A stretch of DNA of 57,238 nt from a bacterium. GTDB taxonomy: Bacteria; Patescibacteriota; Minisyncoccia; Moranbacterales; UBA9337. A program made the position numbers and the translations under genes. The stretch is from the NCBI GenBank assembly GCA_021159185.1, contig JAGGSH010000035.1:1-57238 (forward strand), in the 5' to 3' direction. Shown one piece after another: positions 25,885-33,601 of this stretch (its first letter is position 1; each line of letters starts with the position of its first letter). A model generated the notes under the pieces. It did no database searches and was not told where the DNA came from. It saw only the letters and a list, made by a program, of their open reading frames with translations.

Positions 25885-26715
25885 TTATTTTAATCTTTTT
25901 TTGGTGTTTGATTTAGGCAAATAATTTTTCTTTATTGAAACCTTTTTACCACTTTTCGATTCTAAGTCCTTTCTCGCTCTTCCTGCGACCGCACCACCGG
26001 CTTGCGCTGTTACTTTGTTTTCATCTAATCCTTTTGCATTTTTATTCTTTGCTATTTCTGTTGTTGATGCCTCGCCAAGCATTGTAAAAATAAGCTCCAA
26101 GTCATTCATATGGTCGCGCAAATTTTCCCGTTTAAGTTTTTTGAATTTTTTGTATTCATTAGGTGTCATTCCGAAAGTCGCTTTGGAAATCTCAGCTGTT
26201 AAAATCGCATATTCTTGCCCTTCTTTTACTCCTCGTTGTTTCCACTCATTTGTAAGCGTTGTGCGCACTTCAATACCACGCATTCGTTTTTCAATCCACG
26301 CTTCGGAATATCCTTTTGCTCTGTACAGCGCGCGCGTTCGTTTTGTTGCCAATTCAGGATCTTCAATCTCTTTCACTCTTTCATACCCAACTTTAGCCAG
26401 CCAACGTTTGAACGGTTCGGCTTTTGGCGAAGGAATTGATTGGATAATGCGAAAAATACTCTCTGTGTTAGCGCTGGTTATTTTCCTTTTTTTGCCATCT
26501 TTAGCGATCATTTCAAGTGGGGGACAATTTGTCCCCCAGTAGGAATCGAGTTCTTTATCCCTTTTTCTCATCTTTTTTATATAATCCCTAACATTTACCG
26601 TATCTGTAAGAGCTTCAACGACATCTGCGACCGAGAACCACCATTCGTTATTATAGAGAACTTTGCGAATTTCTTTTCTCTGGAAAATTGCTATTTTTGT
26701 TGTTACCTCACCCAT
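25885..26715 (-). CDS. Bro-N domain protein (antirepressor / DinD-like)
   Basis: N-terminal FQRKEIRKVLYNNEWWFSVADVVEALTD matches the Bro-N pattern; basic C-terminal tail. Confidence 0.65.
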   Translation of the reverse strand: MGEVTTKIAIFQRKEIRKVLYNNEWWFSVADVVEALTDTVNVRDYIKKMRKRDKELDSYWGTNCPPLEMIAKDGKKRKITSANTESIFRIIQSIPSPKAEPFKRWLAKVGYERVKEIEDPELATKRTRALYRAKGYSEAWIEKRMRGIEVRTTLTNEWKQRGVKEGQEYAILTAEISKATFGMTPNEYKKFKKLKRENLRDHMNDLELIFTMLGEASTTEIAKNKNAKGLDENKVTAQAGGAVAGRARKDLESKSGKKVSIKKNYLPKSNTKKRLK

Positions 26716-26739
26716 AACAATGCAATAAATAATTAAATC

Positions 26740-27471
26740 CTACTTCAACACTTCTCCCTCCCGCGCTTTTGCCGGTTTTTCAATTTCTCTGTCCGCTATA
26801 ATTTTTCCATCTTTCATTTCCAATATTCTTTTGGCATGCTGAGCGGTGTAAGTTTCGTGGGTTACTAAAATAATAGTGTGCCCTTGACTGTTGAGATTTT
26901 GCAGAATTTTCATTATCTGAACTCCGGCTTTTGAATCCAGATTTCCGGTCGGCTCGTCGGCGAAAATGACATCGGGATTATTTACCAACGCCCTCGCGAT
27001 AGCCACCCTCTGTTTTTCCCCGCCGGAAAGCTGGTTGGAAAAATGGCCAATTCTATGGCTCATCATCGTCGCTTCCAGCGCTTTCAGAATTTTTTCTTTA
27101 TTTTTTCCGCGGTCGGAAAGCCGGTGATCATACAAAAGCGGCAGTTCCACATTTTCAAAAACAGTTGTGCGAGGAAGAAGATTGAAAGTTTGAAACACGA
27201 ATCCGATTTTTTTATTTCTAATCTCCGCCAATTCATCATCGGAAAATTTTTGGGCGTTTTTTCCTTCAAAAAAATATTCGCCCGTCGTCGGACGATCCAG
27301 CAGTCCCAGCATATGCATCAAGGTGGATTTCCCAGATCCTGACGGACCGATGATGGCTATAAACTCCCCGCTTTGAATATCAAAAGAAACCCCGTCCAAA
27401 GCCCGAGTTTCCACACCGTCCCCGCCATATATTTTAGTTAGGTTTTTAGTTTGAATTATGGGTGTTGACAT
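26740..27471 (-). CDS. ABC transporter ATP-binding protein (MacB/LolD type)
   Basis: Walker [10 protein letters not shown], signature [15 protein letters not shown], Walker [13 protein letters not shown]. Confidence 0.9.
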   Translation of the reverse strand: MSTPIIQTKNLTKIYGGDGVETRALDGVSFDIQSGEFIAIIGPSGSGKSTLMHMLGLLDRPTTGEYFFEGKNAQKFSDDELAEIRNKKIGFVFQTFNLLPRTTVFENVELPLLYDHRLSDRGKNKEKILKALEATMMSHRIGHFSNQLSGGEKQRVAIARALVNNPDVIFADEPTGNLDSKAGVQIMKILQNLNSQGHTIILVTHETYTAQHAKRILEMKDGKIIADREIEKPAKAREGEVLK

Positions 27472-27475
27472 AAAG

Positions 27476-28471
27476 TTATTTCACAAACACCACCACTTCG
27501 TCCCCCTCTTTTAATCCCGACTTAATTTCAATATTTCCGTCGTCTCCGCGCAGGCCTGTTTTTACTTCAACTTTTTTGACTTCGCCATTTTCTAAAAGAA
27601 CTTGGACTATTTTCGCGCCGTTCTCGCTTTTCACCGCCCTTTCCGGAATGGTTAAAACACTATTTTCTTGAGCGGCAAGAATATCAATGTCGGCGCTCAT
27701 TCCCGCTCTGAATCGCTGGTCAATATCCGCCAATTTTAATTCAACTTTATAATAAACGACATCCTGAATTATAGTGGCGGCCGGTTCAATTTCAACCACT
27801 TCCGCTTTAAATATTTCTTCGGAAGGCAAAGCGTCAAAAGTAATATTGGCTTTCTGTCCCAAATTAACTTCCGCTATGTCCGACTCCGAAACCTCGGCTT
27901 CAATTTTAAACTCCCCTTTTTGAATGATAGAAATAATCGTCGCGCCTATGCCGGCAATTTCTCCGGGCTCCGCGTCGCGTTCTGTTACAATACCCTTAAG
28001 GGGAGAATACAAAACCATTTTTCCAAGCTGTTCTCTAATAGTTTGAACACCGGCGCGCGCTTGGTCTACCGCCAGTTTTTTAGCCGCTTTTTCTTCCGGC
28101 TTTAGATCGTTCCATCCTCTTCGGCTCAAATCCAAATTTTTCTGCTGTATATCCAGCGCTATTTGCGCGCCCCAAAGCTGTGATTTAACAACACTATCGT
28201 CAAGTGTGGCAATAATTTGCCCTTCTTCCACTTTATCGCCCACTTCAACATTAATGGATTTAATTCTTCCTCCCGTTTCAAAAGCCAAATCCGCTTGCTT
28301 TTCCGGTATTATTTCACCCGTGACGGAAACTGTTCGAATAACCTCTCCGACTTTCACCATTTCAGTTATTCGTTCAACTTCCGTTTTTTTAGTTTTGAAA
28401 TACAAAAAAACTCCGCCTAAAATTACCGCAACGATAATAATCCAAATTATAACTTTCTTTCTCTTAGACAT
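27476..28471 (-). CDS. Efflux periplasmic adaptor (HlyD/MacA-family membrane fusion protein)
   Basis: TM anchor, lipoyl-like GGRIKSINVEVGDKVEEGQIIATLDD, coiled-coil region, beta-barrel. Confidence 0.85.
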   Translation of the reverse strand: MSKRKKVIIWIIIVAVILGGVFLYFKTKKTEVERITEMVKVGEVIRTVSVTGEIIPEKQADLAFETGGRIKSINVEVGDKVEEGQIIATLDDSVVKSQLWGAQIALDIQQKNLDLSRRGWNDLKPEEKAAKKLAVDQARAGVQTIREQLGKMVLYSPLKGIVTERDAEPGEIAGIGATIISIIQKGEFKIEAEVSESDIAEVNLGQKANITFDALPSEEIFKAEVVEIEPAATIIQDVVYYKVELKLADIDQRFRAGMSADIDILAAQENSVLTIPERAVKSENGAKIVQVLLENGEVKKVEVKTGLRGDDGNIEIKSGLKEGDEVVVFVK

Positions 28472-28495
28472 TTTGTTTTGTTTGCTAGATTTTAC

Positions 28496-28676
28496 AATAT
28501 TGTTTATAATTTTTTTCGCCTACTCTCTATATGTCATTCCGGAATTTTTTATGAAATGTAATGGAATAAAAAATATCCGGAATCTAGGATTATTAGAATC
28601 TCTAGGCTTAAGATAAATGAAAGCGTAGATTCCGGATAAATTTTTCCGCTACTGCTCCAAAATTTTCCGGAATGAC
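28496..28676. repeat. Family-A element, copy A4
   Basis: AATATTGTTTATAATTTTTTTCGCCTACTCTCTATAT flank, then GTCATTCCGGAAT...ATATCCGGAATCTA - centre - TAGATTCCGGATAA...TTCCGGAATGAC. Confidence 0.9.
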
Positions 28677-28713
28677 ATAAAGTAAAACCGCAGATAATGC
28701 CAGAAATTACATT

Positions 28714-29190
28714 TCATAATAATTTACCCTGTTTCTCCCTCACGTCCAGCGCCTCATTCACCATTCCATCGGCGATTTTGTTTTTTTCTCTGGGAATATG
28801 AGAATAACTGACTTTTTTAAAGTCTAACATTAAATTCCAAATTTCAATAAAATATTTTTGGATGCGCGCGTTTCTTAATTTATACTCGTGATTAAGCTGT
28901 TTGACAATTAATTCGCTGTCCAAAAAACATTTTATTTCCGTTTGCTTGGATTTTGCTTTCCCTATAATGGATTTTAGCTTTTTTAGCCCAAAAAGCAAGG
29001 CTTCATATTCAGCTTCGTTATTGGTTTTTTCTCCAATGTATTTTCCGAATTTTTTGTCCAGCGTTTTTCCGCCCAAGGCGGATCCGCCTTGGGCGGAAAT
29101 CCACACCCCGATTCCCGACGGTCCCGGATTTCCCCGCGACCCGCCGTCGGTGAACATTATAATTTCATTTTCCATATTTTTATCCGGCAT
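28714..29190 (-). CDS. rnhA: Ribonuclease HI
   Basis: FTDGGSRGNPGPSG, NNEAEYEAL, DSELIVKQ, PREKNKIAD catalytic DEDD-type motifs. Confidence 0.85.
   Translation of the reverse strand: MPDKNMENEIIMFTDGGSRGNPGPSGIGVWISAQGGSALGGKTLDKKFGKYIGEKTNNEAEYEALLFGLKKLKSIIGKAKSKQTEIKCFLDSELIVKQLNHEYKLRNARIQKYFIEIWNLMLDFKKVSYSHIPREKNKIADGMVNEALDVREKQGKLL
29066..29099. repeat. Perfect 34-nt GC-rich palindrome inside the rnhA coding sequence
   Basis: TTTCCGCCCAAGGCGGATCCGCCTTGGGCGGAAA reads identically on both strands; encodes ...SAQGGSALGGK... Confidence 0.95.
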
Positions 29191-29345
29191 ACTTTTATTC
29201 CCCTCTTACTTTCTCAAATGTTTCTTTTGACTTATAAGCAAAATCACGGCATAACGATTATACAATAATTTTAGCAAATATTGAAAACAAAAATGGTTTT
29301 TGGTTGTTTTGCTGTAGATTGTCCATAATTTTGTTTTTAATTAAA

Positions 29346-30653
29346 TTATTTTTGGTCTAAAATCGTAAAAATTTTAGCTGTTAAAAATACGGGTAAAAAA
29401 TATGTTTTACATTGATTATATTTTGAAACAGCGTAAAAATCTTTAGTTAAAACAAAAGCTTGCCTTGGTGAATAAAGATTGATAAACGCTTTTAAGCCAG
29501 ATGGCGCAATCGGCTTTGCAAATGATTTATATTTCACTTCAACAGGAACAATTTTATTTGCTTCTCCTAAAATTACAAAATCAACTTCTGTTTTATGAGG
29601 CGTTCTCCAAAAACGAAGTTCGTCCGTGATTTTTTTACGCTTTAATAATTCCAAAAATACAAAATTTTCCATTAACGAGCCAGTATCCTGGCGCGTGACT
29701 AAAGAGTTAAAATTTTTCACAGCAAAATTCCGCAACCCTGTATCTAAAAAATATATTTTGGGCATTTTTACAACTTCTTTTTGCTTGTTGGTATGAAAAG
29801 GAAAGAGCTGTCTGATAATAAATGTATTTTCTAAAATAAAAAGGTATTTTTTTAAAACATAACGTGAAATACCAGCAACTTTGGCGATTTCATTTTGATT
29901 AAATAAATTTCCAATTTGCACGGCCAGCAGAGAAACTACTTTATTTACAGAAAGAGCGTCTTCAACATCTAAAAAGCCGGCGATATCTTTATTTAAATAT
30001 GATTGATAAATTTCAGCCAGCTCTTGGCGTTTTTCTTCGTAACTGTTTGATAAAACTACTTTTGGATATAATCCCCAAACAGCGCATTCTTCTAAATTGG
30101 AAATAAACTTTTGCTTAAGCGAATCCGAACTGATATTTTTTTTGATAATTCTTTTGAATATTTCACAATCATTAGGTTCAGTAAAACTTAAATATTCTTC
30201 AAAATCCAAAGGAAAAATAATAAACACTCTTTTTCTGCCAATCATTGATTCTTCTCTTAATTTTTTATATATGTCCAAAGATGAAGATCCTGTGGCAACA
30301 ATTTTTAAAAACGGATAATGGTCATGGATTATTTTTAATGTTTTTGTCGGAGCAGGCATTTTTTGAAATTCATCTAATAAAATAAAATTTGTTTTATTTT
30401 CCTCAATTCCCTGCGCGGACAGAAAATTCAGAATTGATTTATAATCCAAAAAATTTTCTAAAATATCGGGTTTTTCTAAATCAAAATACAATATTTTATT
30501 CTTTGGATAGCGCTGTTTTATGTGTTCCGCAAGCAATTTTAAGATATATGTTTTCCCTGACTGTCTTGCGCCAATTAAAATCAAAACCAAATCATTATTA
30601 AGTTGTTTAGCTATTTTAGGCAAAATTACCCTATTTTTTAAAATTATATTCAT
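29346..30653 (-). CDS. COG1373-type AAA+ ATPase (AAA_14 + DUF4143), second paralog
   Basis: Walker A LIGARQSGKTY, Walker B ILLDEFQ, C-terminal EVDFV...VEVKYK PD-(D/E)xK-like motif; very low GC (13/60 G+C hand-counted at 29401-29460). Confidence 0.75.
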   Translation of the reverse strand: MNIILKNRVILPKIAKQLNNDLVLILIGARQSGKTYILKLLAEHIKQRYPKNKILYFDLEKPDILENFLDYKSILNFLSAQGIEENKTNFILLDEFQKMPAPTKTLKIIHDHYPFLKIVATGSSSLDIYKKLREESMIGRKRVFIIFPLDFEEYLSFTEPNDCEIFKRIIKKNISSDSLKQKFISNLEECAVWGLYPKVVLSNSYEEKRQELAEIYQSYLNKDIAGFLDVEDALSVNKVVSLLAVQIGNLFNQNEIAKVAGISRYVLKKYLFILENTFIIRQLFPFHTNKQKEVVKMPKIYFLDTGLRNFAVKNFNSLVTRQDTGSLMENFVFLELLKRKKITDELRFWRTPHKTEVDFVILGEANKIVPVEVKYKSFAKPIAPSGLKAFINLYSPRQAFVLTKDFYAVSKYNQCKTYFLPVFLTAKIFTILDQK

Positions 30654-30732
30654 AATTTGTAAAATGTTTTAAATATTATGACTATATTTTATAAAATAAT
30701 TGAAATATTGTCAAATTTTTATTGATTTGATT

Positions 30733-31296
30733 TTATTCTATAAATTTGAAAGTTCCAATATTTTTTTGAATATCCTCAAATGCTTCTTTTTGACCTTTCA
30801 TATAATCTCCATTTATGATGCCATAAGAAAAAACATATCTGTCATTTCTTGCAATTTCAGAATCAATCCAGTCGCACATACCTAAATTGCGATCTCTCCT
30901 GCAAGGTTCCGTACTTTCGTCCCATTCCTTTCTATTATTCATAGAAATATTAAACAATTCGCTATAACCTATATCACAAGGAGCGTTAAATATTATAGTA
31001 GTACCAGAATTTGCAACCTCTGTTTTATAATCTTTCCAATTTTCAGTTAATGTAAGTTGGAATCCATACTCCTCATTCCGATAAGTCTGCTAGTCATCCG
31101 TCGCTGAAGCTTTGGATGATAAATCGGAAGTACTGGATTGGTTAGAGCTTTTTTTATTTGATTCAGAATAATCTTCCCTTACTGATTCCGATGGCTGGAT
31201 TGTTATTTCTTTCTGGCTTTTTATGTTCAGCCAAAACAGTCCTCCGGTAATTAACAAAACTAGAACTATTATAGAAACTAGTATTTTTTTATTCAT
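30733..31296 (-). pseudogene. Membrane-anchored W-x-TY...GF family gene interrupted by one in-frame TAG
   Basis: ORF 31090-31296 (TM + Ser-rich linker) and the open frame 30733-31089 share one frame, separated only by TAG at 31092-31090. The stop aligns with the conserved Trp of paralog 20204-20845 (EWRTY vs D*QTY); TGG to TAG is one transition. Confidence 0.5.
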
Positions 31297-31314
31297 GGTT
31301 TTAGTTATTATTTT

Positions 31315-32319
31315 TTATTCCTCCTTCACTTTCTCAAATGTTTCTTTCATAATTTGTTTAAACAGTTTGGGATTTTCTTTCAGGAATTGTTTGGCTTTTT
31401 CGCGCCCTACTCCCAATTTTTCTTCTTTAAAAGAGTAAGAGTTTCCCGCCTTATTGATAATTCCGTATTTTACTCCCGTATCCAGCAGATCGCCTGATCG
31501 GGAAATTCCTTCGTTATACATAATGTCAAATTCGGCAGTTTTAAAAGGAGGCGCCACTTTGTTTTTAACCACTTTGGCCTTAACCCGATTACCCACTACT
31601 TCATCGCCCTTTTTTATCTGGGCGCTGCGGCGCACTTCAATGCGAACGGAAGAATAAAATTTCAGCGCCTGCCCTCCGGTAGTCGTTTCCGGATTGCCGA
31701 ACATCACGCCGATTTTCATTCTGATTTGATTGATAAAAATTACCACCGTGTTAGATTTTGCCACAATCGGAGTAAGTTTTCTCAACGCTTGGGACATCAA
31801 TCGCGCTTGCAATCCCATATGATGAGCGCCCATCTCACCCTCAATCTCGGCCCTGGGAACTAAAGCCGCCACGGAGTCCACTACGATCACATCCACCGCG
31901 TTACTGCGTGTTAAAGTTTCCACAATATCCAATGCTTGTTCTCCAGCATCCGGCTGGGAAATAAGCAAATCATTTATTTTCACGCCGATTTTCTTGGCAT
32001 ATTCCGGATCCAGCGCGTGTTCAGCATCCACGAAAGCCACTGTTCCTCCAACCTTTTGAGCATTAGCCGTAATATGAAGCGCCAAAGTGGTTTTGCCGGA
32101 AGATTCAGGTCCGTATATTTCAACTACCCTTCCTCTTGGCACTCCTCCAATTCCCAAAGCGATATCTAAAGAAACAGCACCCGTCGGAATGGCTGCCACA
32201 TCCACTCTTTTCACATCTCCCAGTTTCATAATCATTCCTTCTCCAAATTTACTTTTTATTTCTTCCACTACTTCCTCAACTTTTTTTTCGCCTCCTTTTA
32301 CTTCATCTTTTTTTGCCAT
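31315..32319 (-). CDS. recA: Recombinase RecA
   Basis: [12 protein letters not shown] Walker [31 protein letters not shown]. Confidence 0.95.
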   Translation of the reverse strand: MAKKDEVKGGEKKVEEVVEEIKSKFGEGMIMKLGDVKRVDVAAIPTGAVSLDIALGIGGVPRGRVVEIYGPESSGKTTLALHITANAQKVGGTVAFVDAEHALDPEYAKKIGVKINDLLISQPDAGEQALDIVETLTRSNAVDVIVVDSVAALVPRAEIEGEMGAHHMGLQARLMSQALRKLTPIVAKSNTVVIFINQIRMKIGVMFGNPETTTGGQALKFYSSVRIEVRRSAQIKKGDEVVGNRVKAKVVKNKVAPPFKTAEFDIMYNEGISRSGDLLDTGVKYGIINKAGNSYSFKEEKLGVGREKAKQFLKENPKLFKQIMKETFEKVKEE

Positions 32320-32416
32320 ATTTTTTTAAAATTATAAATTATTGTAATTACCCACAAATATACAAATCTTTTTATAAATCTACAAATAAATTAAGATAGA
32401 ACTAATTTGTATATTT

Positions 32417-32451
32417 ATAAAAGGATTTGCCTGCCGGCAGGTAGGCAGGCA
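32417..32451 (-). terminator. Possible terminator hairpin after the rodZ-like gene
   Basis: Minus strand TGCCTGCC-TACCTGCC-GGCAGGCA (8-bp stem), then AAATCCTTTTAT; weak T-tract. Confidence 0.4.
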
Positions 32452-32486
32452 GGTATATTCATGGGAGAAATGAAAATTTTCGTTCA

Positions 32487-33485
32487 TTATTTATCCGCTT
32501 TAAAAACCACATCTTTCACTATACCTGCGTCCTCGCTTAAAGCGCCTTTATCTTCACCGTTTATTTTAATAAATGTATGGTTGCCTTTTCCGGAGGTAAC
32601 ACTGATTTCTTCTTCCGCTTCAAAACTTTGCTTAACTTGCGAAGACAAAGTCCCGCTGTAAGCCAAATTGCCATCCACTTTTACTGAAAGCCAGACTGAA
32701 TCAAAATCCACATAAATCTCCATTTTCATTTTTGTTTCCTGCTCTCCTTTTACCTCGCCACTCGCCTCATTGCCATTTTCGTTTCCTATTCCTTCTTCAT
32801 AATTAGACTGAACCGAAACTGTTTGGGATGATTCTTTGTCAAAACGGTTTTTTGATTTGATGGTTATAAAATTAACTCCTTTTTGCAAATTAACTTTTTC
32901 GTTAAATTCTCCTTTGTCGCCTACTAAAATTGATTGACCGTTAATAAAAACCTTGCAATCTTTGTCTGTTATTCCTTTAATCCAAACTGCTCCGCTTTCC
33001 ACCGTGATTCCATCAATCGGCTCAAGAACAGTCAAAAGAGGAATGGAAACAAACTTGTCCACTTCTTTATAGAGATACACTGCTGCTAAAATAGCCAAAA
33101 TCACAGCGAAAGCAACAGCGGTCGCTTTTGAAATAATTACAAAATTGGAAATTTTAACCAGCTTTCTCTGCTCAAAACCCTCATTTGTTTTTTGCTCTTT
33201 TTTAATATTTCTCTGAATTCCCCGCTCTCTATTATACAGTTTAAGCAAAGAATTTCCATCAATTCCCAAAAAATTAGCGTAGTTTCTTAAAAATCCTTTT
33301 ACATATACTTCCGCGGGAAGTTTTTCGTATTTGCCTTCTTCTAAATATTCCAAGTATTTTAACTGAATTTGAGTGTTTTTAGAAACTTCATTTAAGCTTA
33401 TCCTTCTTTCATTTCTAACCTGGCGCAATTTTTCGCCCAAAGTAAGAGACCTAACTTTTTTTCTAATAAAACCGCCTTTTATCAT
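32487..33485 (-). CDS. rodZ: RodZ-like HTH (XRE) membrane protein with DUF4115-like C-terminus
   Basis: LGEKLRQVRNERRISLNEVSKNTQIQLKYLEYLEEGKYEKLPAEVYVKGFLRNYANFLG, then a TM segment, then a beta-rich C-terminal domain. Confidence 0.7.
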   Translation of the reverse strand: MIKGGFIRKKVRSLTLGEKLRQVRNERRISLNEVSKNTQIQLKYLEYLEEGKYEKLPAEVYVKGFLRNYANFLGIDGNSLLKLYNRERGIQRNIKKEQKTNEGFEQRKLVKISNFVIISKATAVAFAVILAILAAVYLYKEVDKFVSIPLLTVLEPIDGITVESGAVWIKGITDKDCKVFINGQSILVGDKGEFNEKVNLQKGVNFITIKSKNRFDKESSQTVSVQSNYEEGIGNENGNEASGEVKGEQETKMKMEIYVDFDSVWLSVKVDGNLAYSGTLSSQVKQSFEAEEEISVTSGKGNHTFIKINGEDKGALSEDAGIVKDVVFKADK

Positions 33486-33514
33486 ATCTTTGATTTTTAA
33501 GAATTATCAGCATT

Positions 33515-33563
33515 ATTTACAATATTTTTTTCGATTACCCTATTTATGCCATTCCGGAATGAC
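33515..33563. repeat. Family-A element collapsed to flank + fused termini (copy A5)
   Basis: ATTTACAATATTTTTTTCGATTACCCTATTTATGCCATTCCGGAATGAC. Confidence 0.75.
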
Positions 33564-33601
33564 ATAAGGTGAAACTATAGACAACTTTAAAAAATCAAAA
33601 G

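Noticed and set aside
31090-31092. Hypothesis that TAG is recoded as a sense codon. Two in-frame TAGs prompted it: 31090-31092, and 38176-38178 upstream of the PRTase.
   Set aside because: TAG terminates rpsB, rpoC, ftsK, rbfA and several other genes at normal-looking C-termini. The first case aligns to a Trp codon one transition away (nonsense mutation). The second is explained by a short coupled upstream ORF, and the shared frame has a 1-in-3 chance of being coincidence.
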